Under the pieces are notes generated by a model, which was given only the letters and a program-made list of their open reading frames with translations, was not told the origin of the DNA and did no database searches. From contig OY781871.1 of NCBI GenBank assembly GCA_963677105.1, positions 420,001-452,000 of the forward strand: a DNA stretch of 32,000 nt, in the 5' to 3' direction. Made by a program: the position numbers and the translations under genes. This DNA is from Candidatus Saccharimonadota bacterium (lineage in GTDB: Bacteria > Patescibacteriota > Gracilibacteria > UBA4473). Positions 1 through 8,093 of the stretch are shown piece by piece (position 1 is the first letter of the stretch; each line of letters starts with the position of its first letter).

Positions 1-1
1 A

Positions 2-3000
2 ACTCTCTACGGCGGAACAGTTGATCCAACGTCTGATACTGATGTTGATGGATTAACAGCAGAACAGGAATTTAATTTAAAAACAAATCCTACGCTTTCT
101 GATTCTGATAGAGATGGTGTGCTCGATGGAGAAGAAAATACCGCTGGAACAGATCCTTTAAACGGAACTGATCACAAATTTCAATGGATTTCTCCAGCAG
201 ATTCATCAACCATTAAATCTACTTTTACGATTGCTGGAACAGCAACTCCTGGATCTGTAGCTGAAGTTTTTGACACTACAACAAGCACTTCTTTAGGAAC
301 AGCAACGGTTGATCCGTATGGAAGATTTTCTATGGAAGTGTTTGAACTTGAAAATGGAAACCATTCGTTAAAAGTGGAATTCCAGCATCCAGAAAACCCT
401 CTCGCCGTTATTGAAAGTGATTTGCAAAACATAACTGTAAACGAAACAACTGGAACACAGCCACAAATTACTAATATTTCTGATGACGACGAAGTCGGTC
501 CTTCTACTTCGCGAGTGCTTGTTTCAAATGTTTCAGCAAACTCTCCTGTTGAACTATTCGAAATTATCGACAATGTGACATATTCTCTTGGAACAGCTAA
601 CACATCGTCTGAAGGAACAGCTGATATTTGGCTTCCACGTCGATCTGAAGAACGTCGAATCTTTGTTCTCGATCATTCTACATGGAAAACGTCTGAAATT
701 GTTCAATTTGAACAAGGAGTATTTATTGAAGGAATCATATTTGATGAAGATTTACAACCTTTAGAAGATGCGACAATTGAACTCACTGATTCTCTCGACT
801 CATCCACAAGTGTTCAGACAATAGAAAATGGAACCTACCAAATATTTGCTCGAACGAATCAAACCTATACTTTTCGAGTAGAAGCAGACGGATTTTATCC
901 AGAAGAACAGGTTGTAATAACGGCGTTTGATGATATTCGATTAAACAAAACACTCATTGAAATGAACCGAATAGTAACAGTAGGAGGAGTCGTTTCTGAT
1001 TCCGAAGGAACTCCGTTAAAAGACGTTGAAATAGTCTTAACAGCTGATTCGACGGAATTTCCTACAACCACAAATATTGATGGAACGTATTCGATACTTG
1101 TTCCTGCCAGTAAAACATATGATGCAATATTCTCACTTGTTACATATGACACTCATTCTCAGTCTATAGAAGTAAATCGTCACAACGTTGAAGTGAATGT
1201 TACGTTGGTCGAACAAGGTTCTTCCGTTGCTGTTTCTGGACGAACGTGGTCGTTAACAACTGATTCTCCTCTTGCTGGTGTTTCAGCCACTTTTATTTCT
1301 AATCAAAACGAATATTTTCAAACACAATCTGACGGCTCAGGAAATTTTGCACTCGCTTTACTCCGTGATCGAGAATATGTAGCTACATTCAGTCGTCAAT
1401 GGTATGACGATGTTTCTATTACTTTCCAAGTTGGATCGGATGCAACCGTCCTTCCCGATATTGAAATGACTGCCTTTTATGCAGAAGCTGCAAAACGTGG
1501 ATGGTCAGGACGTCGTTTGGACGATCCCGCAGATTCTATTTCTGATGACTGGATTCCTGTAATGACGTACGAAGAATCGTTAGAACAAATAGAGCGATTG
1601 AATGCGGGAATTGCTGGACAAATTAAGACGCGCGAACAACACGGAGAAGAAAAATTTGCTGGATATATTTCAGGACGAATTGCTGTCGATGACTTTTACC
1701 GAAAAGATGATTCATTGAGACTTGGATTAAGTGGTTTTAGCGAACGAATTAAACAGCAACATGCTTCTGCAAAAATTGGATATTGTCTTGAGTTCAAAGA
1801 CACAACAATGGCGTTCCGTGATGTTCCTGTTCGAAGTCGCGAATATACTGCTATTGCGAAAGTGTACAGTTTGGGACAAATGTCACTCGATGAAACATTT
1901 AAATTCCGTCCTACAGAAATGATTACATGGGAAACAGCGCTCGAAATGGCATTTTCTGTGAGTTGTAGTCAACCCGACTCATTCGATCTTTTACAGTCTT
2001 TTAAACAAGATCAATGGAAAAATTTCCCTCTCCAGAACACTTTAATGGCAAGACGTGCATATACCGCTTTGGATATTGGTTGGATTTCATATACTGACGA
2101 TTTAATGAAAAATCCAACACGAGAACAATTATTTAAGTTATGGATGAATGTGTTTGAAGTTCCAACAAATCCGCTCGCTACTACATCTTCATTTAAAGAT
2201 ATCCCCGAATCACACGAACTTGCTTCAATGCTTGTTGTTGGGCGAAAACTAGATCTTATTCCTGCTTCTAAGAATTTCCGTCCGACATCTCTTCTTCCAC
2301 GATCAGAAGCTGCACAATGGTTTGTTTCTTTCTTTGAAGCAGAACAGAAGGGTCTCATTGATCGCTCTGAAAAAGATGATCCATTTGATGATCATAAAGT
2401 TGCTACTGGACGCGAAGTAACAAAAGAAGAACAAACAAAAGGAGCTCTATTGCAAAAAGAAGTTGCTGAAGAACGTCGTCAACGTATTTCTGAAATTGTT
2501 CCCATTACGGATAATCTTGATATTGAAGGAAATGCTGGATTTGTTCGAAGAAAGGGAGAAGATCGTGAAACTTTCTTAAAACGACTCGCCGAAGCAAAAT
2601 CTGAAGATCCGCAAAAAGAATTGCTAGACTATGATGTTTTACGAGAAAAATCATTGGCTGCTCGTGGAATCGTTGAAAAAGAAGTAGAATCAAAAATAAA
2701 AATTACTGATACAAGTGGATTTATTCGCCGACCAGATGAAACTCGAGAGGAATTCTTAGCTCGTCTCGCATCAGCAAAAGACAATTTAAATCAGAAGAAA
2801 CTCGCGTTAACATATTCTTCTCAAAAAGCTTCTGCACCAAAATTATCAGGACCAACAATGCCTTCTCAAAATTCAGGAAAACTAAAGATAGATATTGATA
2901 CTGATAAAATGTGTGACATAAAAATGGGTTGGGAAACAACAGAAATGTTTCAAGAACGTTGTGGAAATATCCGAGAGGAAGAAAAAGTTTCTGCGTATAA

Positions 3001-3211
3001 AAAAGTTTTCGACTCTTTCACAAAGCGACCAGGAATTCAAGAAACTCTCGAACCAGTGGAAGTAACTATAAAACAAGCCCTCCCATCAAAAGACACTCCA
3101 ACATTGAAACGATCGAAAATGGATGTAATATTCCGAAAATTTGATCCTGAAAAAGAGATGGAAAAACAAACCGCTACAATAAAATCTCGACGTTCAGGAA
3201 GTAGCTCTTGA
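2..3211 (+). CDS. Large secreted/cell-surface protein, 5' end outside window (frame is open from nt 2; the track's GTG at 119 is internal)
   Basis: Frame open to left edge. Thrombospondin-type-3-like Asp repeats (DTDVDGLT, DSDRDGVLDGEE). Three tandem CarboxypepD_reg-like repeats, nt ~731-1435 (GIIFDEDLQPLEDATIEL.., GGVVSDSEGTPLKDVEIVL.., SGRTWSLTTDSPLAGVSATF..). SLH-like motifs FRDVP..FRPTEMITWETA (from 1814) and FKDIP..FRPTSLLPRSEAA (from 2192). Lys/Glu-rich C-terminus; TGA stop 3209-3211. Confidence 0.8.
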   Translation, partial: TLYGGTVDPTSDTDVDGLTAEQEFNLKTNPTLSDSDRDGVLDGEENTAGTDPLNGTDHKFQWISPADSSTIKSTFTIAGTATPGSVAEVFDTTTSTSLGTATVDPYGRFSMEVFELENGNHSLKVEFQHPENPLAVIESDLQNITVNETTGTQPQITNISDDDEVGPSTSRVLVSNVSANSPVELFEIIDNVTYSLGTANTSSEGTADIWLPRRSEERRIFVLDHSTWKTSEIVQFEQGVFIEGIIFDEDLQPLEDATIELTDSLDSSTSVQTIENGTYQIFARTNQTYTFRVEADGFYPEEQVVITAFDDIRLNKTLIEMNRIVTVGGVVSDSEGTPLKDVEIVLTADSTEFPTTTNIDGTYSILVPASKTYDAIFSLVTYDTHSQSIEVNRHNVEVNVTLVEQGSSVAVSGRTWSLTTDSPLAGVSATFISNQNEYFQTQSDGSGNFALALLRDREYVATFSRQWYDDVSITFQVGSDATVLPDIEMTAFYAEAAKRGWSGRRLDDPADSISDDWIPVMTYEESLEQIERLNAGIAGQIKTREQHGEEKFAGYISGRIAVDDFYRKDDSLRLGLSGFSERIKQQHASAKIGYCLEFKDTTMAFRDVPVRSREYTAIAKVYSLGQMSLDETFKFRPTEMITWETALEMAFSVSCSQPDSFDLLQSFKQDQWKNFPLQNTLMARRAYTALDIGWISYTDDLMKNPTREQLFKLWMNVFEVPTNPLATTSSFKDIPESHELASMLVVGRKLDLIPASKNFRPTSLLPRSEAAQWFVSFFEAEQKGLIDRSEKDDPFDDHKVATGREVTKEEQTKGALLQKEVAEERRQRISEIVPITDNLDIEGNAGFVRRKGEDRETFLKRLAEAKSEDPQKELLDYDVLREKSLAARGIVEKEVESKIKITDTSGFIRRPDETREEFLARLASAKDNLNQKKLALTYSSQKASAPKLSGPTMPSQNSGKLKIDIDTDKMCDIKMGWETTEMFQERCGNIREEEKVSAYKKVFDSFTKRPGIQETLEPVEVTIKQALPSKDTPTLKRSKMDVIFRKFDPEKEMEKQTATIKSRRSGSSS

Positions 3212-4630
3212 GGCTCTTTTCACGCGATTAATTGATTCTTCTTTTCCAATAACTGCTGCAATATCAAACGGTCCAGCTGAACCTTTTCTGTTTGCTAATG
3301 CGACACGAAACGGCCACAAGAATTCTCCGTTTTTCATTTCGAGTTCAGCAATTTTTGCGATGGAAACTGCTTCAATTTTTTCTCGTGTCCACTCAGTGTC
3401 GGAAATTGATTCCAATGTTTCTCCTATTTTTTTCAACGTATTTTGTGCCGAATCAAGTGTTAAACCCCATTTTTCATTTCCAATTAAAGCTGGATCAATC
3501 CCCGGATCAGCAATGAGATATTCTAATTCATCTTGCAACTCAACGAGTGTTCGTGCTTTTTCTCGTGCAACAGAAAGGGCTCCTAACTCAATCGTTTTTC
3601 CAGAAAAATCTGCATAATATTTTTGTAGTTTGTCGATCTCAACTTTTCGCATCCATTGAGCGTTAAACCAAATCATTTTTTTGAAATCGTATTGTGCCGC
3701 CGCTGAATTTACTTGTGTAATATCAAAACGTTCTTCTAAATCACTCAGCGAAAATATTTCTTCTGTTGATTTTGGATTCCAGCCAAGGAAAACCAAACCG
3801 TTTACAACTCCCTCTGGAATAAATCCTGCTTGTTGAAAATCCGAAATCAAAACACAAACTCCTGGTTCAACATGACGTTTTGAGAGTTTCTTTTTTCGTG
3901 AATCTAATACTAATGGAATATGACCAAACATTGGTAGTGGTGCGCCAAGTGCGTTGTAAAGAAGAATTTGCTTCGGCGTATTAGAAACATGATCTTCTCC
4001 ACGAAGTACATGCGTAACTCCCTGTAACCAGTCATCGAGCACATTTGCGAGGTAATACAACACGCTTCCATTTGATCGAGCAATTACAAAATCTCCAATC
4101 GTATCTGTATTTACACTCACTTTTTTTCGAATCAAATCTTTGAATACAACCCACTCATTTTTGGGAACTTTTAATCGCCACACAAATTTTTCGTTTTTCA
4201 TTCGCTCTTCTGCCTCTTCCCTTGATAAATCTCGAGATGGAGACCAAAACACAAATCCTTCTTTTCGTTTTGCTGCTTCCTTTCGGAGTTTTTCTAATTC
4301 TTCTGGCGTTGTAAAACAGGGAAATATTTTTTCAGCTTCCCATAATTTTTTTAAATATTCAGCATGTGTTTCTCTACACTCAGTTTGACGATACATTTTT
4401 TTCTCACGAAAATTCATCCCCAGCCACGCAAGTCCGTCCAAAATTTCTGTTTCAAATTCTGTTTTGCTTCGTTCCAGATCTGTATCTTCCCATCGGAAAA
4501 TAATGTCTCCTTTATTTTTCTGGGCAAAAAGCCAATTAAAAAGTGCTGCACGCGCTGTTCCAAGATGCAAATGTCCTGTTGGACTTGGCGGCATTCGAAG
4601 AACAATCGGAGTTGAAGTTGTTTCTGTCAT
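3194..4630 (-). CDS. gltX: Glutamyl-tRNA synthetase
   Basis: PPSPTGHLHLGTARAALFNW (HIGH motif) and KLSKR (KMSKS-class) motif; full-length class I GluRS. ATG 4630 preferred over the track's TTG 4672 because a TTGAAG-16-TACACT promoter ends 7 nt upstream of it. Confidence 0.9.
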   Translation of the reverse strand: MTETTSTPIVLRMPPSPTGHLHLGTARAALFNWLFAQKNKGDIIFRWEDTDLERSKTEFETEILDGLAWLGMNFREKKMYRQTECRETHAEYLKKLWEAEKIFPCFTTPEELEKLRKEAAKRKEGFVFWSPSRDLSREEAEERMKNEKFVWRLKVPKNEWVVFKDLIRKKVSVNTDTIGDFVIARSNGSVLYYLANVLDDWLQGVTHVLRGEDHVSNTPKQILLYNALGAPLPMFGHIPLVLDSRKKKLSKRHVEPGVCVLISDFQQAGFIPEGVVNGLVFLGWNPKSTEEIFSLSDLEERFDITQVNSAAAQYDFKKMIWFNAQWMRKVEIDKLQKYYADFSGKTIELGALSVAREKARTLVELQDELEYLIADPGIDPALIGNEKWGLTLDSAQNTLKKIGETLESISDTEWTREKIEAVSIAKIAELEMKNGEFLWPFRVALANRKGSAGPFDIAAVIGKEESINRVKRASRATS

Positions 4631-4637
4631 CGTGCGA

Positions 4638-4665
4638 AGTGTAGAGGATTTCCTTGGAACTTCAA
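4638..4665 (-). promoter_or_regulatory. Candidate sigma70-like promoter of gltX (leaderless geometry)
   Basis: TTGAAG (4665-4660), 16 nt, TACACT (4643-4638), 7 nt, ATG 4630. Sits in the 42-nt gap after the upstream ORF stop. Confidence 0.45.
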
Positions 4666-4672
4666 ATCTCAA

Positions 4673-4972
4673 TCACCAAAACTTCACCGTATCAATGACA
4701 TTTTGAATTGTGGTTTTCCCTGTGTCGAGGACGGTTGCGGGAACAGTTTTTATTTCTTCAATTCGAATTATTATATCTTGATAAAGTTCCCACGCTTTAA
4801 AGCTAAGAATAATAACTACAATTAATACAACTATTGTGAAGAAATTTCGTCCAATCCATCGTAAAAGTTTTACCCAAAATGGAGGATTTATGGTGCGATT
4901 TATCCTATCAATTTTTTGCTCAAGTCGAGCAAGCGATTCTTGAATATTTGTATACGGAGATTCCTGATTCAT
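4673..4972 (-). CDS. Hypothetical single-pass membrane protein (99 aa)
   Basis: ORF with one clear hydrophobic helix (FFTIVVLIVVIILSF), lying between mnmA and gltX on the same strand. No recognisable family. Confidence 0.5.
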   Translation of the reverse strand: MNQESPYTNIQESLARLEQKIDRINRTINPPFWVKLLRWIGRNFFTIVVLIVVIILSFKAWELYQDIIIRIEEIKTVPATVLDTGKTTIQNVIDTVKFW

Positions 4973-5024
4973 AACAAAAGTGTATCATAAATAATTTAAA
5001 ATTTGTTATTTGCGATTTTGATCT

Positions 5025-6056
5025 TTAGAACGAAGCGACTATTTCTCCTCCACCTAAACAAATATCTCCGTCATATAAAACTACTTGCTGTCCGGCAACA
5101 ACCGCTTGAACCGATTCCTTAAATTCTACTGAAACTTCTTTGCCCGTTGTCTTTACTCGACAGGGAATTGATTTCCCACGAAAGCGAATCTTCGCTTCAC
5201 ATTCAAATTCTGGCACAGGAACTTCTTCTGAAATCCAGTTGAAATTGTCTGATTGCAATGAAAAACAATCAAGATCTTCTGGGTTCTGACTCACTATTAA
5301 TTCATTTTTTTCAAAATCTTTTTCAATGACAAACCACGGTAATTCTGGATGATTTTTTATTCCTCCAACTCCTAAGTTCTTTCGTTGTCCAGCCGTATAT
5401 TGTGCAAGTCCGTTATGTTTTCCGACAACAATATTAGTGTCTTTTTCAACCATTTTACCAGGTTCTTGCAAAACATATTCTGCAACAAATTTCTCAAATT
5501 TTTCTCCCTGTAAAAAACATACATCTGTACTCGATTTTTTCTCTGCATTTGGTAGTTCTAATTCCGAAGCAACTGTTCGCACTTCTTCTTTTGTGAGTTC
5601 TCCAAGCGGAAAAATGATGTTTTCTAATTGTGTTTTTGAAAGCCCTGAAAGGAAATAGGTTTGATCTTGTTCTCTGTCTTTTGGGATGAGTAATTGTCCA
5701 TGTACGGATTTGCAATAATGTCCTGTGGCAATTTTTTCTACGCCAAATTTCTCTTGTACTTTTTTCAGAAAAATACCAAATTTAAAGGACGGATTACATA
5801 AAATGCAAGGGTTTGGCGTTTTCCTTTCTTTCAATTTTTTAATAAATTCATCTTTTACTAACGCATCAAATTCTTTCTGTAAATCCAGTGTTTCAAACGG
5901 AACACCTAATTTTTTCGCAGCCGATTCAGCAAAAGCATCTGCACCTTTTCCCAGCTGATCAAACTGAACTGCAATAACTTCGTGTCCTTGTTTTTTTAAC
6001 AGTACAACTGCTACTGAACTATCAACTCCACCAGAAAAGCCAACGGCGATTTTCAT
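5025..6056 (-). CDS. mnmA: tRNA-specific 2-thiouridylase MnmA
   Basis: N-terminal PP-loop MKIAVGFSGGVDSSV; conserved Cys-containing blocks (NPCILCN, DVCF); typical 343-aa length. Confidence 0.9.
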   Translation of the reverse strand: MKIAVGFSGGVDSSVAVVLLKKQGHEVIAVQFDQLGKGADAFAESAAKKLGVPFETLDLQKEFDALVKDEFIKKLKERKTPNPCILCNPSFKFGIFLKKVQEKFGVEKIATGHYCKSVHGQLLIPKDREQDQTYFLSGLSKTQLENIIFPLGELTKEEVRTVASELELPNAEKKSSTDVCFLQGEKFEKFVAEYVLQEPGKMVEKDTNIVVGKHNGLAQYTAGQRKNLGVGGIKNHPELPWFVIEKDFEKNELIVSQNPEDLDCFSLQSDNFNWISEEVPVPEFECEAKIRFRGKSIPCRVKTTGKEVSVEFKESVQAVVAGQQVVLYDGDICLGGGEIVASF

Positions 6057-6157
6057 ACGAGAAACATGCTAAGCAGCGGTAAAACTGCCATCGCAAGCAT
6101 AGAAACAATAATACACCATACAACAATTTTGAGACCAGTAGATTTTTTCTTTGCCAT
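6053..6157 (-). CDS. Candidate 34-aa membrane micro-protein (not in ORF track)
   Basis: ATG 6157; translation MAKKKSTGLKIVVWCIIVSMLAMAVLPLLSMFLV. Its TGA stop overlaps the mnmA ATG (ATGA overlap at 6053-6056). Starts 12 nt after the grpE stop. Confidence 0.3.
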   Translation of the reverse strand: MAKKKSTGLKIVVWCIIVSMLAMAVLPLLSMFLV

Positions 6158-6169
6158 AAAAAAGATAAA

Positions 6170-6649
6170 TTATGTAATTGGCGCACCAGATATTTTTGCG
6201 GGCAATATAACTATGTCATTCAATTTCCATCCTGGTTCAAGAACCTGAACAACTGTTCCTGGTCTTCCCTCTGCTGCCATGAGAACAGCGTGTTCTTCTG
6301 GGTTAATTTCTTCTCCTGTTTTCGGAGAAATTTTTTCTAAACCTTGTTCATGAAGCATTCCCATGAACTTATGAATCACTTTTTCTATATCTTTATCTTT
6401 TGTGTGATCTGCACCAAGAAGCATTTCTTGCAAAGATGGAATTAATTTTCGAACCCACTCAGCAACAGCGATATTTGACCAACTTGCTCGAGACTCACTT
6501 TCTCGTCGACGAAAGTTTTCTAAATCCGCAAGAGCACGTAATTTAGATTGTTCTGCTTTTTTAAGATCTTCTTGTAGCGCAACAATTTGTGCTTCTAATT
6601 TCTCAGCAGGAACTGTCTTTTTCGTTGTTGTTTGTTCTTTCTTTGTCAT
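6170..6649 (-). CDS. grpE: Nucleotide exchange factor GrpE
   Basis: Coiled-coil N-terminus with LRALADLENFRRR signature; C-terminal beta domain (GTVVQVLEPGWKLNDIVILPAKI). Confidence 0.9.
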   Translation of the reverse strand: MTKKEQTTTKKTVPAEKLEAQIVALQEDLKKAEQSKLRALADLENFRRRESESRASWSNIAVAEWVRKLIPSLQEMLLGADHTKDKDIEKVIHKFMGMLHEQGLEKISPKTGEEINPEEHAVLMAAEGRPGTVVQVLEPGWKLNDIVILPAKISGAPIT

Positions 6650-6655
6650 CGATGG

Positions 6656-6688
6656 AATTTTGACAAATTTTTACAAAACGTCAAAATT
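6656..6688. promoter_or_regulatory. Perfect 9-N15-9 inverted repeat overlapping the candidate grpE promoter
   Basis: AATTTTGAC (6656-6664) / GTCAAAATT (6680-6688). On the minus strand the arms supply TTGACG (6684-6679), 16 nt, CAAAAT (6662-6657), 7 nt, ATG 6649. Confidence 0.5.
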
Positions 6689-6783
6689 TTGATCATATTT
6701 TTCGGGAAGGGGCGCAAATATCTCGTCGTTTTGACAAAACCCGTAATCTACGGCAAACTGCCCGCGAAATTTAATTTAAAAAC

Positions 6784-7344
6784 ATGTTAGGACTTTCTGA
6801 TTGTAAAACTGGCACAAAACTCGTATTAGATGGAGACCCATATGTTGTGGTATGGAATCAATTCTCAAAAACTGCTCGTCAAGGAGGAGTAATGAAAACG
6901 AAGTTAAAAAACTTAATCACAGGGAAAGTGATGGAAAAAACATTTCAAGGGAATGATAAAGTAGAAGAAGCAGATGTTGTATTTCGAAAAGCTCAGTTTC
7001 TATATTCAAGCGGAGAAAATTACGAATTTATGGACAATGAAACTTATGAATCTGTAACTTTAGAAAAGGATGTTCTTGGAGATGTTGCCGACTTTCTGGT
7101 GGATGGAATGGATTGCGATCTTCAGTTGTTTAATGGAAATCCTATTAATGTTCAGATATCACCAAAAATGACTTTTGAAATTATTGAAACAGATCCTGGT
7201 GTGCAAGGTGATCGTGTAAACGGTGGAACAAAACCAGCAACTATTTCTACTGGGAAAGTAATTCGCGTTCCTTTGTTTATCGCAAAAGGAGAAATGGTAG
7301 TGGTAAACACTGACTCTGGAGAATATGTAGAACGAGCAAAATAA
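6784..7344 (+). CDS. efp: Translation elongation factor P (Arg32 type)
   Basis: Full-length EF-P (186 aa). Loop FSKTARQGGVMKTKLKNLITG aligns with the E. coli VKPGKGQAF loop. C-terminal GEYVERAK. Confidence 0.92.
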   Translation: MLGLSDCKTGTKLVLDGDPYVVVWNQFSKTARQGGVMKTKLKNLITGKVMEKTFQGNDKVEEADVVFRKAQFLYSSGENYEFMDNETYESVTLEKDVLGDVADFLVDGMDCDLQLFNGNPINVQISPKMTFEIIETDPGVQGDRVNGGTKPATISTGKVIRVPLFIAKGEMVVVNTDSGEYVERAK

Positions 7345-7365
7345 TTAAATAAAGAAACCCTTTTT

Positions 7366-7395
7366 AAAACACGAACAAATGTTCGTGTTTTTTTT
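7366..7395 (+). terminator. Rho-independent terminator after efp
   Basis: Stem AAAACACGAAC (7366-7376) / GTTCGTGTTTT (7381-7391), loop AAAT, T-run to 7395. Confidence 0.8.
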
Positions 7396-7414
7396 ATTTC
7401 ATCTGGAGAAAAAT

Positions 7415-7442
7415 TTGCAAGAAGAAGCGCGGAAAGTACACT
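7415..7442 (+). promoter_or_regulatory. Candidate promoter of nifU-nifS
   Basis: TTGCAA (7415-7420), 16 nt, TACACT (7437-7442), 9 nt, ATG 7452. Confidence 0.45.
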
Positions 7443-7451
7443 CAAATCACT

Positions 7452-8093
7452 ATGAATAATTCTTCAGGAGAAAAACAACGTTGGATATACAGTACAACGG
7501 TGAAAGATCATTTTTTTCATCCACGAAATGCGTTTCAAGAAAATGAGAATTTTATTGCAGACGGAGAAGGAGAAGTTGGATCTCCAGCATGTGGAGACTT
7601 GATGCGAATTTTAATTCAAGTAGATCAAAAAACCGACTGTATAAAAGCGTGTCGATGGAGCACGTTTGGTTGTGCAAGTGCTATTGCGAGCACGTCAATG
7701 CTTTCTGTAATGATTACTGAAAACGAAGGTATGAAAATTGATGATGCGTTGAAATTACGACCACAACATATTTTGGAACGACTTGGAGGCTTGCCAGACA
7801 AAAAAATTCATTGCTCTGTTTTGGGAGATGAAGCGTTGCGAGAAGCGATTAATGATTATTTTAAAAAATCTGGACAAGAAAACCGTATTCCAAATGCGCC
7901 AGAAAAAGTCATTGTATGTGCTTGTAAACAGATAACGAATGTCGATATCGAAGAAGCAGTATTAGAAGGCGCAACAACGCTAGAATTAGTACAGAAGAAA
8001 ACCGGAGCAGGAACTGTTTGTGGAAGTTGTGTTCCTGAACTAAAAACACAAATAGAACAGACAAGAAAGAAATATTTTTCGAATAATGGATAA
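7452..8093 (+). CDS. nifU: NifU-like Fe-S scaffold (IscU/NifU N-domain plus BFD-like [2Fe-2S] domain)
   Basis: GSPACGDLM, STFGCASAIASTS and KIHCSVLG scaffold cysteines. Then CACKQIT...CGSCVPEL, a BFD-like Cys pattern. No C-terminal Nfu domain. Confidence 0.85.
   Translation: MNNSSGEKQRWIYSTTVKDHFFHPRNAFQENENFIADGEGEVGSPACGDLMRILIQVDQKTDCIKACRWSTFGCASAIASTSMLSVMITENEGMKIDDALKLRPQHILERLGGLPDKKIHCSVLGDEALREAINDYFKKSGQENRIPNAPEKVIVCACKQITNVDIEEAVLEGATTLELVQKKTGAGTVCGSCVPELKTQIEQTRKKYFSNNG

Noticed and set aside
3194-3211. 18-nt overlap of the convergent 3' ends of the surface-protein gene and gltX.
   Set aside because: The overlap is real, but short convergent overlaps are common in compact genomes. 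No hairpin or other structure is evident, so it is not reported as a finding.
6066-6248. Plus-strand 60-aa ORF between mnmA and grpE.
   Set aside because: It overlaps the 3' end of grpE and the better-supported minus-strand micro-ORF. It has no promoter-like element and an implausible sequence.
6656-6688. The grpE palindrome as a 5'-UTR RNA thermometer: an AU-rich 9-bp hairpin 6 nt before the AUG of a heat-shock gene.
   Set aside because: The arms coincide with -35/-10 boxes that place the predicted TSS at the ATG, so the hairpin would not be in the transcript. There is also no SD to sequester. It is retained only as an alternative if the TSS maps further upstream.
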